A stretch of 64,000 nucleotides of DNA. Origin: Chitinophagaceae bacterium. GTDB lineage: Bacteria; Bacteroidota; Bacteroidia; Chitinophagales; Chitinophagaceae. Position 1 is the first letter of the stretch; each line of letters starts with the position of its first letter. Where the stretch lies: assembly GCA_031397865.1 (NCBI GenBank), contig JANNMN010000021.1, forward strand, positions 15,441 through 79,440, given 5' to 3'. The translations under genes and the position numbers were made by a program. Shown here one piece after another: positions 1 through 8,675 of the stretch. The notes under the pieces were generated by a model. The model saw nothing but the letters and a program-made list of their open reading frames with translations. It made no database searches and was not told where the DNA came from.

Positions 1-37
1 TTCCCCGATATGAGAATTGAATGCCCCAAAAGTATCA

Positions 38-403
38 TTATGGAGAAATCTGATCAATTACTTTATTCACCTCAACCAGGGTAAATGGTTTGGAAAGAAA
101 ATAATTTGCACCATTATTATAAGCCTTTGCTCTATCCTGCGGACTATCATGTGCGGTAATCATTATAATCTTTACCTCAGGATAAACAGATTTTATTTTA
201 CCTATTGAGTTAATTCCATATCCATCAGGAAGATGATTATCCAGAAGTAATATTGACGGCCGGTCTCTCTTAATTATTTTTTCAGCATCAGCCAGGTTAT
301 GAACCACCGTAGTGTCAAAATTCCTCTTTCTTAAAGCAGAACTGAGGAAATAGCAAATATCTACTTCATCATCTACAATAAGTATTTTAGTTCCGGTAGT
401 CAT
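38..403 (-). CDS. Stand-alone response regulator receiver (CheY-like) protein
   Basis: 121-aa ORF. Has 'KILIVDDE' N-terminus, 'ILLLDNHLPDG' phospho-acceptor region and 'ITAH..SKPF' receiver signatures. No output domain. Confidence 0.85.
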   Translation of the reverse strand: MTTGTKILIVDDEVDICYFLSSALRKRNFDTTVVHNLADAEKIIKRDRPSILLLDNHLPDGYGINSIGKIKSVYPEVKIIMITAHDSPQDRAKAYNNGANYFLSKPFTLVEVNKVIDQISP

Positions 404-640
404 TATTTTTTGGTAATTCGAAAGCCATGTCGTTTAATCTATTTGGATTTCTTTTATACAGGTAGTTGCAAATTATCTGCCATGATATTTTGGTAGTGGT
501 ATCAATATATTAGCCTATTTTATTTAAACATAATGACTTGCATTTTGAGAAAAGTAGATATTGTTACTCATTCTGGCATAAAATTTCCACTGTATTGGTA
601 ATATTCCCACTAATTTAATTCTCCTTATTTTTAAAAAAAA

Positions 641-2098
641 TTGTTCATGAAAAGAGTCTTGATTATAGATGATGATATGGATATGTGCCAGCTGCTAAGC
701 CATTTCCTCCGACGCAAGGGGTTTGAAACCGATACTGCACATACAGGCACTAAAGGTTTGGCCAAATTTGTCGAATCAAAATTTGATGTGGTATTGTGTG
801 ATTTTCGACTGGGAGATATGGATGGAAGAAAGGTATTGTTGAAAATAAAGGAAATCAATCCGGAGGCTATTGTCATTATCATTACAGGCTATTCTGATGT
901 GAAGATGGCTGTAGAAGTAATCCGCCATGGAGCATTCGACTATATTACTAAACCATTGATACCGGAAGAGGTAATAAATGTGATCATGAAAGGATTAGAT
1001 GAAAGTTCTTCTCCTACTGCAAACAATAATAATAATGGAAGTAACGGTAGTAATACTTTTGATAACAACAGCCCATCAGAAAAATATGCTGTAAAAAGTA
1101 ATGAGGAATTTCTTACCGGTGTTTCTCAAAAAGCAGTCGAGCTTTTTAAGCAGGTAGAACTGGTAGCTCCCACTAATTATAGTATTATTCTGTATGGTGA
1201 AAGTGGTACCGGAAAAGAAGTAATGGCTAAGGCTATTCATCAGGCAAGTAACAGAAGTACCAAACCTTTTATTGCTGTTGACTGTGGAGTCTTATCAAGA
1301 GAACTAGCAGCCAGTGAATTGTTTGGCCATGTAAAAGGATCTTTTACCGGTGCATTAGGCGATAAAGAAGGCATATTTGAAGTGGCCGATGGCGGCACAC
1401 TTTTTCTCGATGAGGTGGCAAATCTTCCATTGGATGTACAAACCACATTACTTCGTGTAATACAGGAAAGAAAATTTAAAAGGGTAGGTAGCAATAAAGA
1501 TATCAGTACAGATACAAGAGTGATAGTGGCTTCTAATGAAAACTTACAGGATGCTTATCGCAAAGGAAGATTCAGGGAAGATCTGTTTCACCGCTTCAAT
1601 GAATTTTCTATTTCCATACCGCCGCTGCGGGAAAGAAAAGAAGATATCGAATTATTCTCGAATTTCTTTTTGAAAAAAGTTTGCCAGGAGCTGGATAAAA
1701 AATTGGATGGTTTTGATGATGAAGTGATGCAATTATTTTTAAACTACGACTGGCCCGGTAATCTACGGGAGTTTAGAAATGTAATTCGCAGGGCAGGTTT
1801 ATTATCCTCTGCAGGAAAAATATCAGTAAATGCATTGCCTTGGGAAATAATAGGAAACATTACAAAGCCTTTAGCCGATTCTTCACAGCAAGGCGGACAA
1901 GGCTTTCAAACGATAAATAAGCAGCCGATTACCGATTTGAAAGATGCAGCATCTCAGGCAGAGTACGAAACTATTATGAATGTGCTAAAGCAGGTTAAGT
2001 TTAATAAAACAAAAGCCGCTGAAGTATTAAAGATTGATAGAAAAACTTTATACAATAAAATAAGGCACTACGAAGAACTAAATAACATTAGGGAATGA
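641..2098 (+). CDS. Sigma-54-dependent (NtrC/Fis family) transcriptional response regulator
   Basis: 485 aa. Receiver domain, then AAA+ domain with Walker A 'GESGTGKE' and 'GSFTGA' (GAFTGA-type sigma-54 contact loop), then C-terminal Fis-type HTH ('AAEVLKIDRKTLYNKI'). Confidence 0.9.
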   Translation: MFMKRVLIIDDDMDMCQLLSHFLRRKGFETDTAHTGTKGLAKFVESKFDVVLCDFRLGDMDGRKVLLKIKEINPEAIVIIITGYSDVKMAVEVIRHGAFDYITKPLIPEEVINVIMKGLDESSSPTANNNNNGSNGSNTFDNNSPSEKYAVKSNEEFLTGVSQKAVELFKQVELVAPTNYSIILYGESGTGKEVMAKAIHQASNRSTKPFIAVDCGVLSRELAASELFGHVKGSFTGALGDKEGIFEVADGGTLFLDEVANLPLDVQTTLLRVIQERKFKRVGSNKDISTDTRVIVASNENLQDAYRKGRFREDLFHRFNEFSISIPPLRERKEDIELFSNFFLKKVCQELDKKLDGFDDEVMQLFLNYDWPGNLREFRNVIRRAGLLSSAGKISVNALPWEIIGNITKPLADSSQQGGQGFQTINKQPITDLKDAASQAEYETIMNVLKQVKFNKTKAAEVLKIDRKTLYNKIRHYEELNNIRE

Positions 2099-2204
2099 GT
2101 GATGCCTGTTTGAATTTATTATTTTTACATAGTAAGTATAACTCCTTATATGTGCTATTTGTCACATCGCAATTGGTTATAATATTACCCACTTTTTTTG
2201 CAAT

Positions 2205-2228
2205 GCCACTACAATAGTGGCATTTTAT
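2205..2228 (+). terminator. Possible intrinsic terminator after the NtrC-like gene
   Basis: GCCACTA-CAA-TAGTGGC hairpin followed by ATTTTAT. The T-tract is short. Confidence 0.35.
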
Positions 2229-2296
2229 CTACATGGCCCGTTTAGGTACCTATGGCATGAATTTTCTATACCTGTGTTGTGAGAAATAAGTGAGAT

Positions 2297-2872
2297 ATGA
2301 AAAAAGTATTTATAATTCTATCTATTACAAGTCTCCTTTTATTTTTATTCGGCTGCTCTACTCCGGCATATGTACAAAAAGATGACAGCATTAATCTGTC
2401 AAATTATAAAAAATACATGTGGGTAAATACAAGCTCTGGCGAAAATGATAAATCGGAAAGAGCAACAGCATTTGCAGATATCGGTATTCATAATGCTGTA
2501 AATGCAGAATTAAATAATAAATGGGGCTGGAAAGAAGTGAGTGACAACCCGGATATATTACTTAGTTATGATGTGCTGGTAGAAAGGAATACTGAAACAA
2601 CCCGGGAGCCTGTTTACTCTCAATCAATGACCAGGTATTACTATAATCCCTATACAAGACGATGGGCCACTATTTATTACCCAGCACAATTTCAGGGGTA
2701 TGATGTGTATGAAACACCTGTAAGAGTGGGAACAGTAACTATAACAATGGTGGATGCTAAAACTGATAAGAATATCTGGCAAGGATGGACTACGGAAAGA
2801 TTAAACGGCTCCAGAATTACAGATACAGAAATAAAGAAGAGTGTGAAAAATATTTTTAATAAAAGTATGTAA
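2297..2872 (+). CDS. DUF4136-like lipoprotein
   Basis: 191 aa. Lipobox 'LLFLFGCS'. C-terminal 'GTVTITMVDAKTDKNIWQGW' pattern is typical of DUF4136. Confidence 0.65.
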   Translation: MKKVFIILSITSLLLFLFGCSTPAYVQKDDSINLSNYKKYMWVNTSSGENDKSERATAFADIGIHNAVNAELNNKWGWKEVSDNPDILLSYDVLVERNTETTREPVYSQSMTRYYYNPYTRRWATIYYPAQFQGYDVYETPVRVGTVTITMVDAKTDKNIWQGWTTERLNGSRITDTEIKKSVKNIFNKSM

Positions 2873-2897
2873 TTGATATTACTTTAACAACTGCTTA

Positions 2898-3194
2898 ATG
2901 TCTAACTACACGTATGAAGTAATTAATTACTCATCTGAACAACAGTCTGCTAATAACCTTCAAAGCGATTTGCTTAAAAGTTTTTCTTCAGTCTATGATA
3001 AATTTTCTCCATCCATATTTGGTATTTTAATGCACTGGATAAAAGATGAAAAATTAGCGGGAGAGCTTCTCGTAACAGTTTTTAAGAATGCATGGGATTC
3101 CCGTAAACTATATGATGAAAAACAACAACGGCTATTTACCTGGTTATACAAAATCACTCTATTAGCATATAAGAACCGAAAAATAGTAGTATAA
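2898..3194 (+). CDS. Short sigma-70 region-2-like protein (no region 4)
   Basis: 98 aa. 'AGELLVTVFKNAW...RLFTWLYKITLLAYKNRK' resembles ECF sigma region 2. The ORF ends before any region 4. Confidence 0.35.
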   Translation: MSNYTYEVINYSSEQQSANNLQSDLLKSFSSVYDKFSPSIFGILMHWIKDEKLAGELLVTVFKNAWDSRKLYDEKQQRLFTWLYKITLLAYKNRKIVV

Positions 3195-3454
3195 AAAATA
3201 ATAATCTTGCTACACCGCAAGCTTAAATAATTGTTCGACAACGAGAGAATATTTAAGATGGCTTTTTAATAGACGCACATTAAAATATTATTATATCTAC
3301 TAATAAAAAAAATGTATTGAGTATCATTTTTCCCTCACTGTGATTTTTTCCCCCCGTGCTTTCCACAATTTTATTCTATTAAGGCGTAGAAAATAATGGC
3401 ACTCTTTTTTAATGAATACTCATGAAAATAATTCTATAAACTAAAAATAAAATT

Positions 3455-3697
3455 ATGGCAAATAAACAAACAGGCGAATCCACAAATACAGGATCGCAGC
3501 AAAGCACAGATAAAAAAAAGGGCTTCGAAGAAGGCAATGGAAACAATAATACTACAGCCGGATTAAATCAGGCAGATAGTCAGAAAAAAAACCCTTCTCC
3601 ACAAAGTATGGATAAATCAAAAGATAAAAATGATAAAGAAAGAGCAGAAGATAGAAGTGTAATGCAGGATGATGAGGATGTGGAAGAAAGTAAATAA
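3455..3697 (+). CDS. Small hydrophilic low-complexity (stress-like) protein
   Basis: 80-aa ORF rich in K/D/E/N/Q/S, directly upstream of a DUF892 gene. No recognised domain. Confidence 0.45.
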   Translation: MANKQTGESTNTGSQQSTDKKKGFEEGNGNNNTTAGLNQADSQKKNPSPQSMDKSKDKNDKERAEDRSVMQDDEDVEESK

Positions 3698-3759
3698 CAA
3701 GTAGGGACAAGTAAAAAAGAAAGTAAAAATTGATTATCGAATTTAAAAAACTAAAAAAG

Positions 3760-4338
3760 ATGAAAAACACGGAAACACAAAAACCAGTAAGTAAAAATGA
3801 TAAAACATCCTCCAAGAAAAGTACAGATAACACTGTAAGTCATGAAAAGCTGCATGAACTATTTGTGGATGGATTAAAAGATATTTATTGGGCAGAAAAA
3901 GCTTTAACGAAGGCTATACCTAAAATGATTAAAAATGCTACCGGTTCAGAATTGGTGGAAGCACTGACTGCTCATCTTGATGAAACTCAGGGGCAAGTAC
4001 AAAGATTAGAAGAAGTGTTTGCATCCATTGATGAAAAAGCAGTTGCAAAAAAATGTGTGGCAATGGAAGGACTAATAAAAGAGGGTGAAGAAATAATGAG
4101 TGATAGTGATAAAGGAGCAATGCGGGATGCAGGCATTATAGCTGCAGCACAAAAAGTGGAGCATTATGAGATAGCAACATACGGCACCTTAAGAGGATTT
4201 GCTGAAATAATGGGACATGATCAGGCTGTAGAATTATTACAGCAGACATTAGATGAAGAAAAAGCTGCCGATGATAAACTGACAGAGGTAACACCTGCCG
4301 TAGTAATGCTATCAAAAGAAGAAGAAGTGGCTGAATAA
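3760..4338 (+). CDS. DUF892 (YciE/YciF-like) ferritin-like stress protein
   Basis: 'LHELFVDGLKDIYWAEKAL' and 'EHYEIATYGTL' motifs. Start moved to the internal Met (MKNTETQK) of the 3730 ORF. Confidence 0.8.
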   Translation: MKNTETQKPVSKNDKTSSKKSTDNTVSHEKLHELFVDGLKDIYWAEKALTKAIPKMIKNATGSELVEALTAHLDETQGQVQRLEEVFASIDEKAVAKKCVAMEGLIKEGEEIMSDSDKGAMRDAGIIAAAQKVEHYEIATYGTLRGFAEIMGHDQAVELLQQTLDEEKAADDKLTEVTPAVVMLSKEEEVAE

Positions 4339-4382
4339 CTTACAAATATCTTTTCATGGTTATGGTTATTGGTTATTAATAA

Positions 4383-4411
4383 GGGTCAGTTTTTACTGGC
4401 CTTTATTTTTT
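4383..4411. terminator. Hairpin plus T-tract between convergent genes
   Basis: GGTCAGT-TTTT-ACTGGCC stem (one G-U pair) followed by TTTATTTTTT. Confidence 0.45.
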
Positions 4412-4434
4412 GATTATATATAAGAGAATACCTT

Positions 4435-5538
4435 TTATATTTTTAAAGCAAAAAGTTCAATGTTCTGATTTTTCCCTTTCATATCTACCGCACCCAAAGC
4501 CTCACTTTGCCAGGGCTCCATTTCTAATAGATCCATCACATCTTTTGATACCAGAAATTTGTGATTAAGTTCAGTACAGGCACTTCTTATTCTTGCCGCT
4601 GTATTAATAGTATCGCCACTCATTACCAGATCTTTTTTTACAATACCTACCTGGCCTACCGTTACCGTGCCGGTATGAATGCCGGCCTTATACTCTGGTA
4701 AAACATCATACCTTCTTTTAAACCGGTTGAAATGTTTATGCAACTCTTTTCTGGTAGTAAGTAAAGCAGTTATAGCCTTACGGGCATTTACTTTTGATTC
4801 TGGCCACCATACTACTACTTCATCACCTACATATTGATAAATTCTTCCATCGTTTTCTAAAAAGCCCGATGAGATGTCGTTAATAAAATCCCGGATGAAT
4901 TTGAAATACTCTTTGTTACCCAATTTTTCAGCAATAGGAGTGGAGTCCTTTAAATCAAGAAACATAATGATCCTTCTTTCATCCTGTGGTTGCAGATATT
5001 TACCAACCATGATATTAAAAAATACTCCACGAGAATATTTTTCATTTACTTCTATTGCAAGCAATGTGAAAATAAAAAGTAAAATCCATTCCGGCATTTT
5101 CTCCAATAGGAGCCGTTGGTAAATTAAGTTGTAACTAAATTTTTCTAAAGACGTTTTTAATGAATATCCTGCAATAAGCCATTCATAAGTTATATATAGG
5201 AAAAACGTCATTACAAAAGCTACAACCACCAGCAGCAATGTCTTTATTAATAAATTAAGCCACAACGAAGAGTCTCGTAAATAATTTCGTAAAACTGAAA
5301 CCAGGAAGTAGCCAATGAAAAGGCTTATTACAAATACACTTAACTCTCTTACCAGGATCTCTTTTGTAAGATTTGTTTCCGGTCTGTAATACTTGGCAGG
5401 AAGAATACCCGAAAACTTTCGCCAAAGGAAAAATATAAAGTCAGCAAGAGTCCATGAAAGGGCTATTGTAAAAATTACTTTTCGTTCATGTCTTTTTAAT
5501 GGGGAAACTCCAGATAATATTGCTTTAATCGACTTCAT
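4435..5538 (-). CDS. Membrane-anchored class III adenylate/guanylate cyclase
   Basis: 367 aa. N-terminal multi-TM region. Cyclase core motifs 'FLDLKDSTPIAE', 'GDEVVVWW', 'GIHTGTVTVGQVG' and 'SGDTINTAARI'. Confidence 0.85.
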   Translation of the reverse strand: MKSIKAILSGVSPLKRHERKVIFTIALSWTLADFIFFLWRKFSGILPAKYYRPETNLTKEILVRELSVFVISLFIGYFLVSVLRNYLRDSSLWLNLLIKTLLLVVVAFVMTFFLYITYEWLIAGYSLKTSLEKFSYNLIYQRLLLEKMPEWILLFIFTLLAIEVNEKYSRGVFFNIMVGKYLQPQDERRIIMFLDLKDSTPIAEKLGNKEYFKFIRDFINDISSGFLENDGRIYQYVGDEVVVWWPESKVNARKAITALLTTRKELHKHFNRFKRRYDVLPEYKAGIHTGTVTVGQVGIVKKDLVMSGDTINTAARIRSACTELNHKFLVSKDVMDLLEMEPWQSEALGAVDMKGKNQNIELFALKI

Positions 5539-5663
5539 TGCAGTTGGTGGTGTATAAGGCTATAAAATTGTTATTGAGTCACCTATAAGTTTAAAAATCA
5601 TGCCATAAAAAATAAAAGATAATCGGGATCAGATGTTGATTAAATCCTGTTTAACCATTCCAT

Positions 5664-6053
5664 TTAAAAGCTAAGCTCAGTTACAGGATCCCAAAAAACA
5701 TTTTTAAAATCAACCACCTGGTCATCTTTTACTTTAATACCATCTTTTTTTAAAAGCTGTTGCATTCGTTCCGGTGGCGAAAAATGAAATTTGCCAGTTA
5801 GCATTCCATTTCTGTTTACTACCCGGTGTGCCGGCACTTTTGGTTTTACAGAATGTGCACCATTCATAGCCCAGCCCACCATTCTGGCGGATGATTTTGT
5901 ACCCAGACAGGCTGCAATAGCTCCATAGGAGGTTACTTTTCCTTTGGGTATCTGCCGGGCCACTTCAAATACCAGTTCAAAAAAATTTTCTTCCCTTTTG
6001 CCGGAGGGTTTTAATGCTTTTAATTTTTCCGATGATTGTTTTTTGATTGCCAT
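5664..6053 (-). CDS. MGMT-family DNA-binding protein, alkyltransferase-like (active-site Cys replaced)
   Basis: 129 aa. 'GKVTSYGAIA...VPAHRVVNRNG' matches the MGMT C-terminal domain, but PCHR reads PAHR. Confidence 0.8.
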   Translation of the reverse strand: MAIKKQSSEKLKALKPSGKREENFFELVFEVARQIPKGKVTSYGAIAACLGTKSSARMVGWAMNGAHSVKPKVPAHRVVNRNGMLTGKFHFSPPERMQQLLKKDGIKVKDDQVVDFKNVFWDPVTELSF

Positions 6054-6114
6054 GTACTAAAGATAATTATTAACAGCAACGGTTTTTTGCAGCTTACAAG
6101 TAGAAAATGCAGAA

Positions 6115-6300
6115 CTATTTATTTTGTTCTGATAAAATCAGTTGACTTTTTTTTGGCTCCGGCACATTTTCATAATGATAGGGGCAATGTTTACAGCCAT
6201 TGCCACAGCAGTAGCCTTTTTCCAGGTGATACTTTTCAGTAAGCACTACATAGCCATCTTCATTTATGTAATAATCAGTTCCTTCAATCAGCTCTTTCAT
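6115..6300 (-). CDS. Small Cys-rich protein (DUF5522-like)
   Basis: 61 aa. 'YYINEDGYVVLTEKYHLEKGYCCGNGCKHCPY' motif. Confidence 0.6.
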   Translation of the reverse strand: MKELIEGTDYYINEDGYVVLTEKYHLEKGYCCGNGCKHCPYHYENVPEPKKSQLILSEQNK

Positions 6301-6304
6301 GTTC

Positions 6305-7003
6305 TTATAATTTTTCTTTCAGCAGCATATCTTTTTCCCGGTTGCCCAAATCTTCTGGCAATGAAAAACTTATATAATGAATTTTATTACTTCCGGCTAT
6401 GTCCAATGATTCGTAGTGAGTTTTTATTTTTAGTTCTTCTGAAATATTTTCTTGTGCAAACACATCATTGAGATCAGTAAGTACTTTACAATCATATAAT
6501 TCAGTAACCAACTTTGTAAACTTATAAAGATCCGGGCTATCTGTTTTTAAATGTATTAAACCACCCGGGGCTAAAATTTGTTTGTATAGACGTAAAAATT
6601 TTGGATGAGTCAATCTTTTTTTGGCCTTAGATTTTCTCAATTGTGGATCAGGGAATGTAATCCAGATGTCACTTACTTCCTCTGCTGCAAAACATTCTGC
6701 TATTGAATCAATTTGTGTGCGGATAAAAGCCACATTGGATAAGTTTTGTTGAATTGCCTTTTTTGCGCCTACCCAAATGCGGTTCCCTTTCAAATCTATT
6801 CCGATAAAATTCCTGTCTGCATATAAAGCCGCTAGGCCGGTTGTATACTCTCCTTTGCCACAGGCCAGCTCCAGGGTTATTGGATTATTATTAAAAAAGA
6901 AAGCATTCCAGCTACCGGCAGTATTTTTTGGATATTGTAATACATTTTTAAACGTTTCAAGCTCAGCAAATCTTATCAGTTTTTTTTGTCCCATTGGCGG
7001 CAA
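6305..7003 (-). CDS. trmB: tRNA (guanine-N7)-methyltransferase
   Basis: 232 aa. SAM-binding 'LELACGKGEYT', plus 'FIGIDLKG' and 'IWITFPDPQ' TrmB signatures. Confidence 0.9.
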   Translation of the reverse strand: MPPMGQKKLIRFAELETFKNVLQYPKNTAGSWNAFFFNNNPITLELACGKGEYTTGLAALYADRNFIGIDLKGNRIWVGAKKAIQQNLSNVAFIRTQIDSIAECFAAEEVSDIWITFPDPQLRKSKAKKRLTHPKFLRLYKQILAPGGLIHLKTDSPDLYKFTKLVTELYDCKVLTDLNDVFAQENISEELKIKTHYESLDIAGSNKIHYISFSLPEDLGNREKDMLLKEKL

Positions 7004-7307
7004 AGATAGTGATGTAATAAAAAAGCCCCCTTACAGCAGAATTTTAAACAAGAAAATAGTAAGACTTCAAAATTTAGCCAGGAGGCTAATTCTTACAATT
7101 GATTTTGTCTTTAATGCTCAAGTATTATTAGTGCCACAACTAAAGAAAGAGAATATTGGTAAAATATTTTTCATAATTGAAATAGTTTAGTAGCAAAATT
7201 AAATTTGAATTCTTTAATGCAATACTATCGATGAGAACCCCTTTAATCTGGCAGGATTATGAAATTCATGCTATCACATCGCCAAGCTATTAATCATGTT
7301 AGAACCG

Positions 7308-8192
7308 CTAAAGTCTTTTGTCTTCAATAAATTTTTTAACTGCTTCAGATAATTTCAGGTTGCGATTTTGGTTGATATTAATTCGGGTAAGTTGATTTAA
7401 TAGTAAAATACTTTCTGGTAGTGAAGTAAGTTTATTTGTTTCTAGATATAGTTCATTCAGATTTTTTAGATTACCTATATTCTCAGGAAGGGAGATAAGT
7501 TTATTACCATTCATATCCAGCACTGTAAGCTTAGTAAGTTTTGTTATCCATTCAGGCATTGCAGTAAACTGATTATAAGGTAATGCCAGGTATTTAAGAT
7601 TAGTAAGGTTGCTCATACTTTCTGGAAGTGTGGTTAGCATATTTCCTCCCAAACCAATTTCTGTAAGATTGCTGAGCCGGGTTATGCTTTCAGGAATAAA
7701 AGAAATAAGATTTCCATATAAATAAATTTCTGACAGGTTGGTAAGGTTTGAAATATAATCCGGGAATGTTGATATTTTATTGTTGTTCAGATATAGCTGT
7801 TTAAGGCCAGTCAGTTTGGTAATAGATTCTGGTAAAACAGAAATACGATTATTACTAAAATCAATTTCGGTGAGAGAAGTAAGAGTGGTAATTACTTCGG
7901 GAATGGTATTAAATTTATTATTACTCAGATCAATTTCAGTAAGCGATTTTAGTGTAGTAATGTTTTCAGGCACTGAAGAAAGCTTATTGCCAGCAAGATT
8001 TAAAGAGGTGAGGTTTGAAAAACGGAGAATGTTTTCGGGAAAATCTTTCAATTTTTGATTGTTCAATGAAAGGATATAAACTTCGGATGGGTTTTTTAAT
8101 GCCTCTTCTAATGAGTTATATACTTTTTCTTTTTGTGCAAAGGCGACATATTGCATCAGGCAAAGGATGGATAGCAGCAGTATTTTTTTCAT
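7308..8192 (-). CDS. Secreted leucine-rich-repeat protein
   Basis: 294 aa. Signal peptide, then about 10 tandem 23-aa LRRs (LxxLxxLxLxxNxLxxLPExI). Confidence 0.85.
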   Translation of the reverse strand: MKKILLLSILCLMQYVAFAQKEKVYNSLEEALKNPSEVYILSLNNQKLKDFPENILRFSNLTSLNLAGNKLSSVPENITTLKSLTEIDLSNNKFNTIPEVITTLTSLTEIDFSNNRISVLPESITKLTGLKQLYLNNNKISTFPDYISNLTNLSEIYLYGNLISFIPESITRLSNLTEIGLGGNMLTTLPESMSNLTNLKYLALPYNQFTAMPEWITKLTKLTVLDMNGNKLISLPENIGNLKNLNELYLETNKLTSLPESILLLNQLTRININQNRNLKLSEAVKKFIEDKRL

Positions 8193-8291
8193 GCCCTAAA
8201 TTTCGGATAATTATTTTCTTAATCAATTAATTGAACATAAAAATGCTCCACCCCCGAGACAAGAGGGTAACTGTGTTAAAATAATTTCAAA

Positions 8292-8324
8292 CAAAAAAGC
8301 CTCTCTGAAAAAATCAGAAAGGCT
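8292..8324 (-). terminator. Intrinsic terminator of the tRNA-like RNA gene
   Basis: On the minus strand, GCCTTTCTGA-loop-TCAGAGAGGC hairpin followed by TTTTTTG. It starts 8 nt after the RNA 3' end. Confidence 0.6.
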
Positions 8325-8331
8325 TTTAAAG

Positions 8332-8512
8332 CTGTAGGGGGAGGGATCGAACCTCCACGGAGCAGTTAGTTGTAGCACAAAGTTCAGTGGTCGACCCTGG
8401 TCGAACTCCGGTTTGCACCGAAGAACGGCTCTATGCTATATTTATCCTGTTACCTCCACCCCCGAGACAAGAGGGCATGTCTGCCATGCTTACGCAATTT
8501 CATCACCCCACA
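8332..8512 (-). ncRNA. Unassigned structured RNA with tRNA-like T-arm and closing acceptor-like helix
   Basis: Minus strand shows a perfect T-arm, GGAGG-TTCGATC-CCTCC, then CCCTACA-G. This pairs with 5' TGTGGGG about 170 nt upstream (7 bp, one G-U). Own promoter and terminator. No ORF. Confidence 0.45.
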
Positions 8513-8558
8513 GTATTGTTTTAAGAACTTTCCTGCTTTTCTTGCAGGTTTGATAAAA

Positions 8559-8590
8559 CAAATATAGGTTGTAAAGACTATTTATTCCAA
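8559..8590 (-). promoter_or_regulatory. Bacteroidota-type promoter (TTG-N21-TATATTTG) reading into the tRNA-like RNA
   Basis: Minus strand has TTG (8590-8588), a 21-nt spacer, then TATATTTG (8566-8559). This matches the TTG / TAnnTTTG consensus about 45 nt upstream of the RNA core. Confidence 0.4.
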
Positions 8591-8675
8591 ATTTTCTAAT
8601 AAATATTTCGAAAGTATAGAAATTATTCAAATATTTGTCTATTATTATGAATAATTTCTAAAATCAGTCTACATT

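Noticed and set aside
17-208. 63-aa plus-strand ORF at the window start. The same applies to ORFs 631-882, 1240-1494, 6777-7190, 11560-11928, 47727-48197 and 57680-57991.
   Set aside because: Each overlaps, on the opposite strand or in another frame, a gene with strong family motifs. None shows motifs of its own.
574-588. Sigma-54 promoter-like TGGCAT-N5-TTCC upstream of the NtrC-like gene, and a similar TGGCATGAATTTTCT at 2253-2267 upstream of the DUF4136 gene.
   Set aside because: Both lack the essential GC of the -12 element (TTCC or TTCT instead of TTGC). This is not enough to call a promoter.
8332-8430. Cobalamin-riboswitch-like fragments (GGTGCAAACCGG ... GACCACTG) followed by a terminator.
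   Set aside because: The conserved AGGGAA / B12-box context is missing. The downstream gene is an LRR protein with no link to cobalamin, and the resemblance covers only a few nucleotides.
8332-8512. tmRNA (ssrA) call for the tRNA-like RNA. It has a T-arm, an acceptor-like helix, and a 'GTAAGCATG' segment reminiscent of Bacteroidota tmRNA pseudoknot 1.
   Set aside because: The core is only about 180 nt, against about 350-400 nt for one-piece tmRNAs. There is no G3:U70-type pair at the expected position. No resume codon or tag ORF ending in ..LAA-stop is present, so it is left unassigned.
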